Source: Pseudomonadales bacterium
GTDB taxonomy: Bacteria > Pseudomonadota > Gammaproteobacteria > Pseudomonadales > Pseudohongiellaceae
Length of the DNA: 64,000 nucleotides
Assembly: GCA_038134565.1 (NCBI GenBank)
Contig: JAYPVK010000005.1
Span: 26,695-90,694 of the forward strand
Direction of reading: 5' to 3'
The notes beneath the pieces are model-generated. The model had not been told where the DNA came from. It made no database searches and saw nothing but the letters and a program-made list of their open reading frames with translations. Below, piece after piece: positions 26,085 through 35,143 of the stretch. The first letter of the stretch is position 1. Every line of letters begins with the position of its first letter. The position numbers and the translations under genes were made by a program.

Positions 26085-26222
26085 TCACAACGCCCATCTG
26101 GCACCTGCCCTTCAAACATCCTGCAAGCCTTCTTAATAAAGGTAGAATAGCCTCCTATCTATCTGATATTTATCACTTATTTAAATGAAAATAGCTCAAA
26201 TCTACGAGGGGATGCATGCAGT

Positions 26223-26353
26223 AAGGCCTTTCTTGGACCGTGCGCGGCAGGGGCAGGAAATTGCTCCTGCATTTCCTGCAGTACCGCCATCCCTTGCGGC
26301 CACGCCGCGCCCGAGCCTACGGATGTATTCACGGCGTGTCCAAGAAAGGCCTT
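26223..26353 (-). repeat. structured intergenic repeat, copy B, flanked by 14-bp terminal inverted repeats
   Basis: The reverse complement of 26236..26339 aligns block-wise with copy A, and the 23-mer at 26256..26278 is a perfect inverted match. AAGGCCTTTCTTGG at 26223..26236 and its complement at 26340..26353 bracket the unit. Confidence 0.75.
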
Positions 26354-26513
26354 CCTGCCTGCATCCCCCCTCGGTGGCACCCGACTATCTTAGGAGCAGT
26401 CCGAATTGAGAACTCAGAGCCCGGCACAGGCTAGATGTCCCTGTTACTAGCACCCCGAGTACATTAAAATACTCAGCTTCGTAAAATCAGCTATCTGGCC
26501 AGTCCCTGCACCC

Positions 26514-27287
26514 ATGAGTATCCATATCAAGTCGCCCGAAGAAGTAGATAAAATGCGGGTCGCCGGCCAATTAGCGGCCGAAGTCCTCGACATGATCGGT
26601 CCCCACGTACAGCCGGGGATCAGCACCGGCGAGCTGGATCGCATCTGTCACGACTATATAGTGAACAAGCAGCATGCCATCCCTGCCCCGCTCAACTACA
26701 ACGGCTTCCCCAAGTCCATCTGCACATCGGTCAACCATGTCATCTGCCATGGCATTCCCAGCGACGGCAAGTTTCTGAAGTCAGGTGACATCATCAATAT
26801 CGATGTCACCGTGATAAAGGATGGCTTTCATGGCGACACCAGCAAGATGTTTTGCGTGGGTGAAGTGCCGGACCATGCGAAGAGGCTGATCCGGGTCACC
26901 CAGGAATGCCTGTACAAGGCCATCGCGATCGTGCGCCCTGGATGCACGCTGGGCGACATTGGTCACGTCATTCAGCAACACGGCGAGGCTAACAATTATT
27001 CGATTGTGCGCGAATACTGCGGGCACGGCATCGGGCGTATCTTCCATGAAGAACCGCAGGTACTGCATTTCGGTCGCCCCAATACCGGCACGAAACTGCT
27101 CGAAGGCATGACCTTTACTATCGAGCCTATGTTAAATGCGGGCAGCCGCTACACGAAACTCTCCAGGAAAGATGGCTGGACCGTCACCACCAAGGATCGC
27201 CGGCTATCGGCCCAATGGGAACACACATTGGCGGTAACCGCGGACGGATGTGAGGTATTGACTTGCAGGCCCGATGAAAACCTGTGA
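26514..27287 (+). CDS. map: type I methionine aminopeptidase
   Basis: 257 aa with VCHGIP-like (ICHGIPS), DVTVIKDGFHGD and EYCGHGIG metal-site motifs. Confidence 0.96.
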   Translation: MSIHIKSPEEVDKMRVAGQLAAEVLDMIGPHVQPGISTGELDRICHDYIVNKQHAIPAPLNYNGFPKSICTSVNHVICHGIPSDGKFLKSGDIINIDVTVIKDGFHGDTSKMFCVGEVPDHAKRLIRVTQECLYKAIAIVRPGCTLGDIGHVIQQHGEANNYSIVREYCGHGIGRIFHEEPQVLHFGRPNTGTKLLEGMTFTIEPMLNAGSRYTKLSRKDGWTVTTKDRRLSAQWEHTLAVTADGCEVLTCRPDENL

Positions 27288-30004
27288 GCTTCGATACCCT
27301 TTCAATCAGCGAGGCAGCAGTTCACTCAAGCGTTGAAGCGAGCGCGGAATTACTCGACCTTGAAGGTCTGAAAGCAGCCATAGCCAATCAGGGTAAACTC
27401 ATACCCTTGCTGCGCGACGCCATCAATCGCAGCAGCCCCATTCTCGATGAACGCTACAAGCAAAATCTGAGCATTACCGATATCGTGCGGGGGCGTGCCT
27501 GGGTGATCGACCAGATCCTCACCCTGGCCTGGCAACAGCAGAACTGGCCAGACCAGAAAGATATCGCCCTGCTCGCCGTAGGCGGATATGGACGTGGCGA
27601 ACTGCTCCCCCATTCCGATATTGACCTGTTGATTCTCACGCGCAAGGATCGCAATACGAAATACAAGGACTGCATCAGCGCGTTCTGTACCCTGCTCTGG
27701 GATATTGGACTGGAAATCGGCCATAGCGTGCGCTCGGTCAAGCAATGCAAGCAGGAAGCTATCAAGGATATTACGGTCGCCACCGCGCTCATGGAAACCC
27801 GGGCCATTAGCGGCGCAGAAGATCTCCTGCAATTGATGCACGAGGCCACGAACAACAAGCGAGTCTGGCCCATCAAGAAGTTCCTGCGCGCCAAGCTGGA
27901 CGAACAGGCGCTACGCCACAAGCGCTTTCACGATGTTGATTACGCACTGGAGCCCAACATCAAGACTTCGCCTGGCGGCTTGCGCGACATCCAGACCATC
28001 GCCTGGGTAATCAAACGCCATTTCGGGGCGAGTTCCTTCCAGGACCTTGTGGAATTAGGCTTTCTGAAGCCCTCCGAAGAAGCCATGTTGACCAAGGGCC
28101 AGCAGTTCCTGTGGAAACTGCGCTATGGATTGCATTATCTGGAAGGACGCAGTGAGGATCGACTGCTGTTTGACAAGCAGAGAGAATTGGCACGCCTGTT
28201 CGGCTACGAGGATGACGAAAAATCCCTGGGCGTGGAAAAGCTGATGAAGCAGTACTACCGCGCCGTCGCCAACCTGCGCGAGTTAAACGATGTGATCCTG
28301 CAACATTTCGATGAAGTCATCCTGCGGGCGGGAGAGAAGGAACGCCTCAAGCCACTCAACAAACGCTTCCAGTTACGTAATGACTACATCGAAGTTGTGG
28401 ACAGCAACGTATTCAATCGCAGCCCCTTTGCGCTCATGGAGATATTTGTACTGATGGCGCAGAACCCAGAAATTCAGGGCATCAGGGCAAGCACCATCAG
28501 ACTGCTGCGAGACAATCGTCGCCTGATCGATGAAGACTTCCGCAACGACATTCGCAACGTCGCCCTGTTCATGGAACTGTTGCGCTCACCACACAAGATG
28601 ACCCTGCACCTGCGGCGCATGGCACGTTACGGAATTCTCGGTCGTTACCTGCCTGAATTCGGCCAGATATCGGGCCAGATGCAACACGACCTGTTCCATA
28701 TCTACACCGTCGACGCCCACACCCTGCAAGTGGTCGAAAACATGCGTCGCTTTCGACTGCCGGAAGCGGAGGAGAAATTTCCGGAGGCCGCCCACGTGGC
28801 CCGCAATCTGCCCAAGGTAGAACTGCTTTACATCGCCGGGCTCTACCATGATATAGCCAAGGGCCGCGGCGGAGACCACTCCGAATTAGGCAAGGCCGAT
28901 GCCGAAGCATTTTGCCGCAGGCATCGCCTGAGTGAATGGGACACGAAGCTGGTGTCCTGGATTGTGGACAAGCACCTGTTAATGTCCATGACCGCGCAGC
29001 GCAAGGATATCAGTGATCCAGAAGTCGTCCATGAGTTCGCAAAACTCATGGGCGACAAGCTGCACCTGGATTATCTGTATGCCATGACCGTGGCGGATAT
29101 CTGCGCCACCAATCCGGAGCTGTGGAACAGCTGGCGGGCAACCCTGCTCCGCCAGCTCTACCTGAACACGGCTCGTGCCTTCCGCATGGGCCTGGAAAAC
29201 ACTGTGAATCGTGCCGAACGCATAGCGGACAAGAAGGACTCGGCAAGGAACAAGCTGCACGAGAAAGGGCTAAGAGACCAGCAGATCGAAGCCGTCTGGC
29301 AGAACGCAGCGGAAGAGTATTTTGTCAGGGAGTCCACAGAGAATATCGTTTGGCATACAGAGGCCATTGCCAATTTCGACGCGGATGAGCCGCTGATTTC
29401 CTTCCGCGAGGTCGAGGCAGATGCCAGCGTCGAGGGCGCAACCCTGATTTTTATTTATACCAGGAATGCAGATTACCTGTTTGCCAATAGTACGGCGGCC
29501 TTTGAAAGACTCAACCTGAACATTCAGGGCGCGCGCATCTTCACTTCCACCAACGATTATTGCATGGACACCTACACCGTGCTGGAAGATGACGGCAGAT
29601 CTGTAGGCAAGAACGCAAATCGCCTGCAGGAAATAGAATCCGTGCTGGCCACCCACCTGCGCAGCGGCAACAAGCCGATGGCCGTGACCAAGGTTCGCCA
29701 GAGTCGCAAGGAACGCTATTTCAATAAACCCATCGAATCGATGTTTCTGCAGACCACTGACAAACCCTATTCGACCCTGGAACTCAACTGCCCGGACCAG
29801 CCCGGCATTCTGGCTTGCGTCGGCAAGGTGTTCGCGGAAAATGACATTAATTTACAGGACGCACGCATCACGACGCTGGGCGAGCGAGTAGAGGATTTAT
29901 TCTTCGTTACCGACAAGGATGGCCTGCCACTGCGCGATGAGGCGCTAAAAACCCGACTGCAGGAACAGATCAAACAGGAACTCGAAGCGCGCTTCGCCAG
30001 CTGA
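27284..30004 (+). CDS. glnD: bifunctional [protein-PII] uridylyltransferase/uridylyl-removing enzyme
   Basis: 906 aa with a nucleotidyltransferase GGYGRGELLPHSDIDLLIL motif, an HD domain and two C-terminal ACT-like regions. GTG start overlaps the map stop (GTGA). Confidence 0.95.
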   Translation: MSFDTLSISEAAVHSSVEASAELLDLEGLKAAIANQGKLIPLLRDAINRSSPILDERYKQNLSITDIVRGRAWVIDQILTLAWQQQNWPDQKDIALLAVGGYGRGELLPHSDIDLLILTRKDRNTKYKDCISAFCTLLWDIGLEIGHSVRSVKQCKQEAIKDITVATALMETRAISGAEDLLQLMHEATNNKRVWPIKKFLRAKLDEQALRHKRFHDVDYALEPNIKTSPGGLRDIQTIAWVIKRHFGASSFQDLVELGFLKPSEEAMLTKGQQFLWKLRYGLHYLEGRSEDRLLFDKQRELARLFGYEDDEKSLGVEKLMKQYYRAVANLRELNDVILQHFDEVILRAGEKERLKPLNKRFQLRNDYIEVVDSNVFNRSPFALMEIFVLMAQNPEIQGIRASTIRLLRDNRRLIDEDFRNDIRNVALFMELLRSPHKMTLHLRRMARYGILGRYLPEFGQISGQMQHDLFHIYTVDAHTLQVVENMRRFRLPEAEEKFPEAAHVARNLPKVELLYIAGLYHDIAKGRGGDHSELGKADAEAFCRRHRLSEWDTKLVSWIVDKHLLMSMTAQRKDISDPEVVHEFAKLMGDKLHLDYLYAMTVADICATNPELWNSWRATLLRQLYLNTARAFRMGLENTVNRAERIADKKDSARNKLHEKGLRDQQIEAVWQNAAEEYFVRESTENIVWHTEAIANFDADEPLISFREVEADASVEGATLIFIYTRNADYLFANSTAAFERLNLNIQGARIFTSTNDYCMDTYTVLEDDGRSVGKNANRLQEIESVLATHLRSGNKPMAVTKVRQSRKERYFNKPIESMFLQTTDKPYSTLELNCPDQPGILACVGKVFAENDINLQDARITTLGERVEDLFFVTDKDGLPLRDEALKTRLQEQIKQELEARFAS

Positions 30005-30039
30005 GTTTTCCGATCCGCTCACGAGAATCACGATAAGAC

Positions 30040-30414
30040 ATGACAACGATATACGGCATCAGCAACTGTGACACCATGAAAAAAGCCCGCAACTGGTTGC
30101 AGGCTAATGGACTCGAAACCGAGTTTCATGACTACAAGAAATCAGGCTGCGACGGCAGTCTCGCGAAGCTGTTTCTGTCCACTTTCCCACTGGAGCAAGT
30201 AGTCAACAAGCGAGGCACGACCTGGCGTAAACTGGATGACGATACAAAGCAGAATCTCTCTGTGGAAAGCGCGGCGGCGCTAATGTCGGAAAATCCCTCG
30301 CTGATCAAACGCCCTATTCTGCAACACGGGAACACTTGGCTTATCGGTTTTGACGAGAAGGAATGGCAGGCAGCGCTGCTCCAGACTGTTCCAGGCAATA
30401 CCCTTCGCCGCTAA
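30040..30414 (+). CDS. yffB: ArsC/Spx-family protein, YffB-like
   Basis: 124 aa. MTTIYGISNCDTMKKARNWL and RGTTWRKLDD closely resemble E. coli YffB. Confidence 0.85.
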   Translation: MTTIYGISNCDTMKKARNWLQANGLETEFHDYKKSGCDGSLAKLFLSTFPLEQVVNKRGTTWRKLDDDTKQNLSVESAAALMSENPSLIKRPILQHGNTWLIGFDEKEWQAALLQTVPGNTLRR

Positions 30415-30462
30415 TACAAGCAGGCGGGCAAACACAATCAGCAACAGAAAAGGATAATCACG

Positions 30463-31494
30463 ATGACCTTAAGCACCGGCCTGGGAATGGCCACAACGAA
30501 CTCCAGGGGAGAGATAATCGAGGTCTATTACCCACAACCCCAACTGAATCCTGAAGGCTCGCAACATCAAATTCTGTCTACAGCCGCCGGCATCGCTGGC
30601 GAAAGCGCGAGCTTTGGCGAGATCGCGAGTGACGCCGCACCGGCTCTCAGTGAGGAATTGCGGAAAGCCGGTCTCGACGCAACGGCCGACCTGGTGGACG
30701 CCGTGAGTGGCGGCGACAGGACCCTGCTGTATTGCGCGGACGAGCTGGAGCAGCCACCTGCCTCGATTCCTGCCGCGTTCCTGAAGTTGCACCTGCTGTC
30801 CCATCGCCTCGTCAAGCCCCACGGAGTAAAACTCACTGGCCTGTTTGGTGTACTGAAGAACCTCGCCTGGACAGATGATGGCGCAATCGATCTCGATGAT
30901 TTGCCCGCACGCCAGATTGAGGCGCGCAAACGAGGTCGAATCCTGGACGTACACTCGGTGGATAAATTCCCCAAGATGACCGACTACATCGTGCCCAGGG
31001 GAGTGCGAATCGCAGATACTGCCCGCGTGCGTCTCGGCGCCCACATCGGCGAAGGTACCACTGTCATGCACGAGGGCTTTGTCAATTTCAATGCCGGCAC
31101 CCTGGGCACGGCCATGATCGAGGGCCGAATCTCCGCCGGCGTGGTGGTTGGCGAGAACAGCGACCTCGGCGGTGGCTGCAGCACTATGGGCACCCTGTCT
31201 GGCGGCGGCACCACCATCATCTCGGTTGGTGAAAACTGCCTGATCGGTGCAAATGCGGGTATCGGATTTCCGCTGGCGGATGGCTGCATCGTCGAGGCTG
31301 GACTGTACGTGACGGGCGGCACCAAGGTGAAGGTGCTGGATGCCAAAGGCGAGGTACTCGAGACCGTGAAAGCGGGATCGCTATGTGAGCGTAAGAACCT
31401 GCTTTTCCGGCGAAATTCCCTGACCGGTGCTGTAGAGGCCGTCCCCACACGTGCCTGTATCAGCCTCAACGAAGAATTGCACAGTCACAACTAG
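30463..31494 (+). CDS. dapD: 2,3,4,5-tetrahydropyridine-2,6-dicarboxylate N-succinyltransferase (long form)
   Basis: 343 aa with a Pseudomonas-type long N-terminal domain and C-terminal hexapeptide repeats. Lies next to dapE. Confidence 0.88.
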   Translation: MTLSTGLGMATTNSRGEIIEVYYPQPQLNPEGSQHQILSTAAGIAGESASFGEIASDAAPALSEELRKAGLDATADLVDAVSGGDRTLLYCADELEQPPASIPAAFLKLHLLSHRLVKPHGVKLTGLFGVLKNLAWTDDGAIDLDDLPARQIEARKRGRILDVHSVDKFPKMTDYIVPRGVRIADTARVRLGAHIGEGTTVMHEGFVNFNAGTLGTAMIEGRISAGVVVGENSDLGGGCSTMGTLSGGGTTIISVGENCLIGANAGIGFPLADGCIVEAGLYVTGGTKVKVLDAKGEVLETVKAGSLCERKNLLFRRNSLTGAVEAVPTRACISLNEELHSHN

Positions 31495-31502
31495 GGAACA
31501 CT

Positions 31503-32636
31503 ATGTCCGATACTCTCGAACTGGCAAAGCAGCTTATTGCCATCGATTCCGTTACTCCCCGAGATAAGGGCTGTCAGGATATCCTGGCGGCGCGTCTCGA
31601 AGCGCTCGAATTTACAATCGAGCGACTCCCTTTCGGCGATGTCGAGAATCTCTGGGCACACAAGGGAGATAGTGGACCACTGCTGGTTTTCGCCGGGCAT
31701 ACCGACGTTGTACCACCCGGCCCAGTATCCGAGTGGGAAAGCGATCCGTTTACGCCCAGCATTCGCGGAGAATATCTCCATGGCCGCGGCAGCGCCGACA
31801 TGAAGGGCAGCCTCGCCGCCATGATCACTGCTGCCGAACGGTTTTCCGCCAGCCATGAACTCGAGGGTCGACTGGGCTTCCTCATCACTTCCGATGAAGA
31901 AGGTCAGGCAATCAACGGTACCCGTAAGGTAGTGGAGACTTTCCAGCAACGCGGTCTGCATATCGATTATTGCGTCGTTGGCGAACCCAGCAGCACCGAG
32001 CAACTGGGCGACACGGTCAAGATCGGGCGTCGGGGATCTCTTAGCTGCAAACTTGTCGTGAAGGGCATCAAAGGCCATGTTGCCTATCCACACCTGGCGC
32101 TGAATCCCATCCACGAAGCATTACCGGTGCTGGCTGAAATAGCTGCCCTCACCTGGGATGGCGGCAATTCCGCGTTTCCACCCTCAACATTTCAGATCTC
32201 CAACATTCATGGTGGTGTGGGTGCCAATAACGTCATTCCGGAAACCCTGGAAGTGGATTTCAACCTGCGCTATTCGACAGAAATCAGTGCCGACGAGATC
32301 AAGGCGCGGATCGAAGAGCTGTTGCAGAAATCTGGTATCAGGTATGAATGCCAATGGTACCTGTCTGGCGAACCCTTTCTTACTTCTACCGGCAAGCTGA
32401 TCGATGTTGTCAGCCAGTGCACGGAGGAAATAACCGGACTCAAACCCCAACTCTCAACCGCTGGCGGCACATCGGATGGCCGCTTCATCGCTCCCACAGG
32501 CACGGAAGTGGTGGAACTGGGGCCCTGTAACGCCACCATTCACAAGATCGATGAATGTGTGCGCATCGAAGACCTGGAGCAACTCTCCCGGATTTACGAA
32601 GCGATCATGGGCAGGCTGAGCCGGAATCAGGCTTGA
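31503..32636 (+). CDS. dapE: succinyl-diaminopimelate desuccinylase
   Basis: 377 aa of the M20 family with LVFAGHTDVVP and GRGSADMKG motifs. Confidence 0.94.
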   Translation: MSDTLELAKQLIAIDSVTPRDKGCQDILAARLEALEFTIERLPFGDVENLWAHKGDSGPLLVFAGHTDVVPPGPVSEWESDPFTPSIRGEYLHGRGSADMKGSLAAMITAAERFSASHELEGRLGFLITSDEEGQAINGTRKVVETFQQRGLHIDYCVVGEPSSTEQLGDTVKIGRRGSLSCKLVVKGIKGHVAYPHLALNPIHEALPVLAEIAALTWDGGNSAFPPSTFQISNIHGGVGANNVIPETLEVDFNLRYSTEISADEIKARIEELLQKSGIRYECQWYLSGEPFLTSTGKLIDVVSQCTEEITGLKPQLSTAGGTSDGRFIAPTGTEVVELGPCNATIHKIDECVRIEDLEQLSRIYEAIMGRLSRNQA

Positions 32637-33432
32637 CCGTCTGACCCGCGACTCGCTGGCCGGAACACAGGTAGACGTCGAAGCGATTGCTGCTTCCGGT
32701 ATAACTGATATCTGGCGCTCGGTCGCCGATCACGGGCGAAAGCCGCGCCCGCTTCACCACCACCCTCTTTCGTGCCAGTTGCATGGCCCGATCTAGCATT
32801 CTTTCCTCGTCGGCACCGCCTTCGATCAGCTGCTGTAACAGGAACATACCCTTGCCCGATCTGGCGCTTTTCTTCTTCGCCGGGAACATGGGGTCCAGGT
32901 AGACCACATCGAAGGAGTCGGTATCCAGTCTGGCATGGACAAAATCTTCCCGCTGCAGTCGCATGCGCGCGGCAATGGCCTGAACCGCGCCACTGGCGCT
33001 GGCCGCACGATCCAGGCCATCCGCCAACAAGGCATGAACGATTGGATTCCTTTCCAGCATCATCACCCGACAAGCTGCAGCGCTGAAGAGAAAACTGTCG
33101 GTACCTAGCCCTGCCGTGGCATCCAGGACGACGGGATTGCGCAACGACTTGAGACCCAGCGCCTTGCCGATATTTTGCGCCCTCAAGGATTCCCTGCCGC
33201 GGCGCTGCAGTTCTCCGCTGGCAAAATTTACGCACAAGCCACCCGGTGCATCGGGTTCCGTGCTGTAGAGGGTAAGACCCTGCTCCTCATAACGCAGGAT
33301 AAAACGAAAACCACAGCCCTGCAGATCCCGGGTCGGGATACAGGCGAGGCCCAGATTGTCGAGCAGGACTGACTCAGCGTCCGACAGGGTGTCGGTCTGC
33401 TGCATCAGTGCAACGTGCTGCCAGGAGGACAT
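32605..33432 (-). CDS. rsmJ: 16S rRNA (guanine1516-N2)-methyltransferase RsmJ
   Basis: VLDATAGLGTDSF, MLERNPIV, VVYLDPMFP and KRVVVKR blocks match E. coli RsmJ. A roughly 20-aa tail overlaps the convergent dapE 3' end by 32 nt. Confidence 0.85.
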   Translation of the reverse strand: MSSWQHVALMQQTDTLSDAESVLLDNLGLACIPTRDLQGCGFRFILRYEEQGLTLYSTEPDAPGGLCVNFASGELQRRGRESLRAQNIGKALGLKSLRNPVVLDATAGLGTDSFLFSAAACRVMMLERNPIVHALLADGLDRAASASGAVQAIAARMRLQREDFVHARLDTDSFDVVYLDPMFPAKKKSARSGKGMFLLQQLIEGGADEERMLDRAMQLARKRVVVKRARLSPVIGDRAPDISYTGSSNRFDVYLCSGQRVAGQTVKPDSGSACP

Positions 33433-33434
33433 GA

Positions 33435-34250
33435 TCAGGCTATCAGCAGGATGGCCGCGCCCAGTACCAACCTGTAGATCACGAATGGCAGGTAGCCGAG
33501 CCGGGTAATCAGTTGCAGGAAATAATGGATACAGGCAAGTGCCATGAGACCGGCCAGGACAGCCGCATACAACAGGAGGCTCCAGGATAATTCCAGTTCA
33601 CTGCCCTGCAGCACATCGAGCATCAACAGGCCGCCACTGCCGAGAATAATGGGTATGGCGAGCAGGAAGGAGAAGCGTGCTGATGCTTCCCTGGAGAAGC
33701 CACATTGCAGGGCAGCAGTCATTGTGACACCCGACCGGGAGGTCCCCGGCAGCAGTGCAAATATTTGTGCGAGCCCCACCAGTAACGCAGACTGCCAATT
33801 CCAGTCATCCATGGAACGGCGGTGACTTGAACGACTGTCTACCCACCACAGCAACAGGGCAAAGACGATGGAGCTCAGTGCGATTAACTGGGCGGTCCTG
33901 CCATACAGTGCGACCAGGTCGTAGAGCAATACTCCGGCCAGGGCGGCAGGAATGGATGCCGCTAGCAACAACCAGGCAAGTCTTGCTTCCTGCTTCTGCT
34001 GTGCATCGAGTGGCCTGGCGAATACCTGAAGCAGGAAGGATCGGATCAGCGCCAGTATGTCCCGGTAAAAATAGCCTACTACAGCGAGCAAGGTGCCCAG
34101 ATGAACGGCGACATCGAATGCCAGGCCCTGGTCTGACCAGCCGAGAAGCAAGGCAGGGAGTTGTAGGTGGGCAGAGGACGAAATAGGCAGGAATTCCGTC
34201 AAGCCCTGTATCAGGGCCAGAATACTGATTTGCCAGAATGTGGATTCCAC
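33435..34250 (-). CDS. uppP: undecaprenyl-diphosphate phosphatase
   Basis: 271-aa polytopic protein with GLTEFLPISSSAHL and PGTSRSG motifs. GTG start. Confidence 0.93.
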   Translation of the reverse strand: MESTFWQISILALIQGLTEFLPISSSAHLQLPALLLGWSDQGLAFDVAVHLGTLLAVVGYFYRDILALIRSFLLQVFARPLDAQQKQEARLAWLLLAASIPAALAGVLLYDLVALYGRTAQLIALSSIVFALLLWWVDSRSSHRRSMDDWNWQSALLVGLAQIFALLPGTSRSGVTMTAALQCGFSREASARFSFLLAIPIILGSGGLLMLDVLQGSELELSWSLLLYAAVLAGLMALACIHYFLQLITRLGYLPFVIYRLVLGAAILLIA

Positions 34251-34263
34251 TGCTCAGGGTCTC

Positions 34264-34956
34264 TCAGGAGTATTCCATCTGCTCTTTGACATAATTCGGC
34301 AGAACCGGTTCTTCGCTCACTTCCTTGCAATGAAATTTAATCGTGGCCAGTTCACAGAATTCCTCCAGCCCGGGCACCAGTTCCGGATAGGCCGCCACAC
34401 CCCCGGCGACCGATCCTGCCACCGCCTCGCTCGCACTGAGGGAGCCAAGCAGTCCGGCATGCAGGGGCAACTGCCCTGGACTGCTAAAGCTTGCCGGTAT
34501 CTGCAAGGCTTCAAGGGTCCCCACCTGCTCCTTCCCCTGCAACTGCGTGCCCTGGTCCGGATCGCAGCGGTAGTGGGCAAAGTAGACCTCCGGTTCCCGC
34601 GCTTCCTCGAATACCAGGCATTCGAAAACACCTTGTTGCTTCATACCACACCACGCCAGAAGCGCCAGTGATGAGATCGCCACAACGGGAAGTGACTGGG
34701 TATAGGAGAGCGCCTGCACCACGCCGATTCCAATACGCAGGCCGGTGAATGAACCGGGGCCCGCAATGACGGCCAGGGCATCCAGTTCCTGTAATGCGAG
34801 TTGCTGCTCAGCGAGCACATCCTTGATGAGGGGCAGCACCTCCTGCGCAGCCTGGCGCGTGTTGCCACCGATACGCTGTGCGATAACACGACCTTCCCTG
34901 GCAAGACCCACACGACAGCTGCGGCCAGATGTATCTATAGCGAGGAGCAAGGGCAT
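34264..34956 (-). CDS. tsaB: tRNA threonylcarbamoyladenosine biosynthesis protein TsaB
   Basis: 230 aa with MPLLLAIDTS and GPGSFTGLRIG motifs. Confidence 0.92.
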   Translation of the reverse strand: MPLLLAIDTSGRSCRVGLAREGRVIAQRIGGNTRQAAQEVLPLIKDVLAEQQLALQELDALAVIAGPGSFTGLRIGIGVVQALSYTQSLPVVAISSLALLAWCGMKQQGVFECLVFEEAREPEVYFAHYRCDPDQGTQLQGKEQVGTLEALQIPASFSSPGQLPLHAGLLGSLSASEAVAGSVAGGVAAYPELVPGLEEFCELATIKFHCKEVSEEPVLPNYVKEQMEYS

Positions 34957-34980
34957 GGATTTGAATGATAAACCAGAAAG

Positions 34981-35014
34981 ATGAAAAATCCCCCTTGCCA
35001 GGGCAAGGGGGATT
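34981..35014 (-). terminator. rho-independent terminator after the Lys/Ala-rich gene pair
   Basis: 12-bp stem (34987..34998 with 35003..35014) and a 4-nt loop, with the T-run ATTTTTCAT on the minus strand. It lies about 130 nt after the stop at 35144. Confidence 0.7.
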
Positions 35015-35143
35015 CCATGGGAGCGAGTGGTAGGCTTCCACCTGACAAAGATCAGGTAGTTGCTAGGTCTTGCATCAGGTCCCTGGCCGCAGCGAAGCTG
35101 CGGCCATGAACTGATTTCTTGCGAACTGCCCTATTCAGGCAGC

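Noticed and set aside
25851-26434. Small ORFs (99, 67, 74 and 64 aa) within the rpsB-map spacer
   Set aside because: They are read straight through the inverted repeat copies, so the same DNA would code on both strands. They use alternative starts without an SD. I interpret them as repeat-encoded pseudo-ORFs.
30040-30414. A possible link between the ArsC-family gene and the arsM-arsS cluster
   Set aside because: The protein is YffB-like, a family member with no established arsenate reductase role. It sits in the conserved yffB-dapD-dapE context 25 kb away, so it is not part of an arsenic locus.
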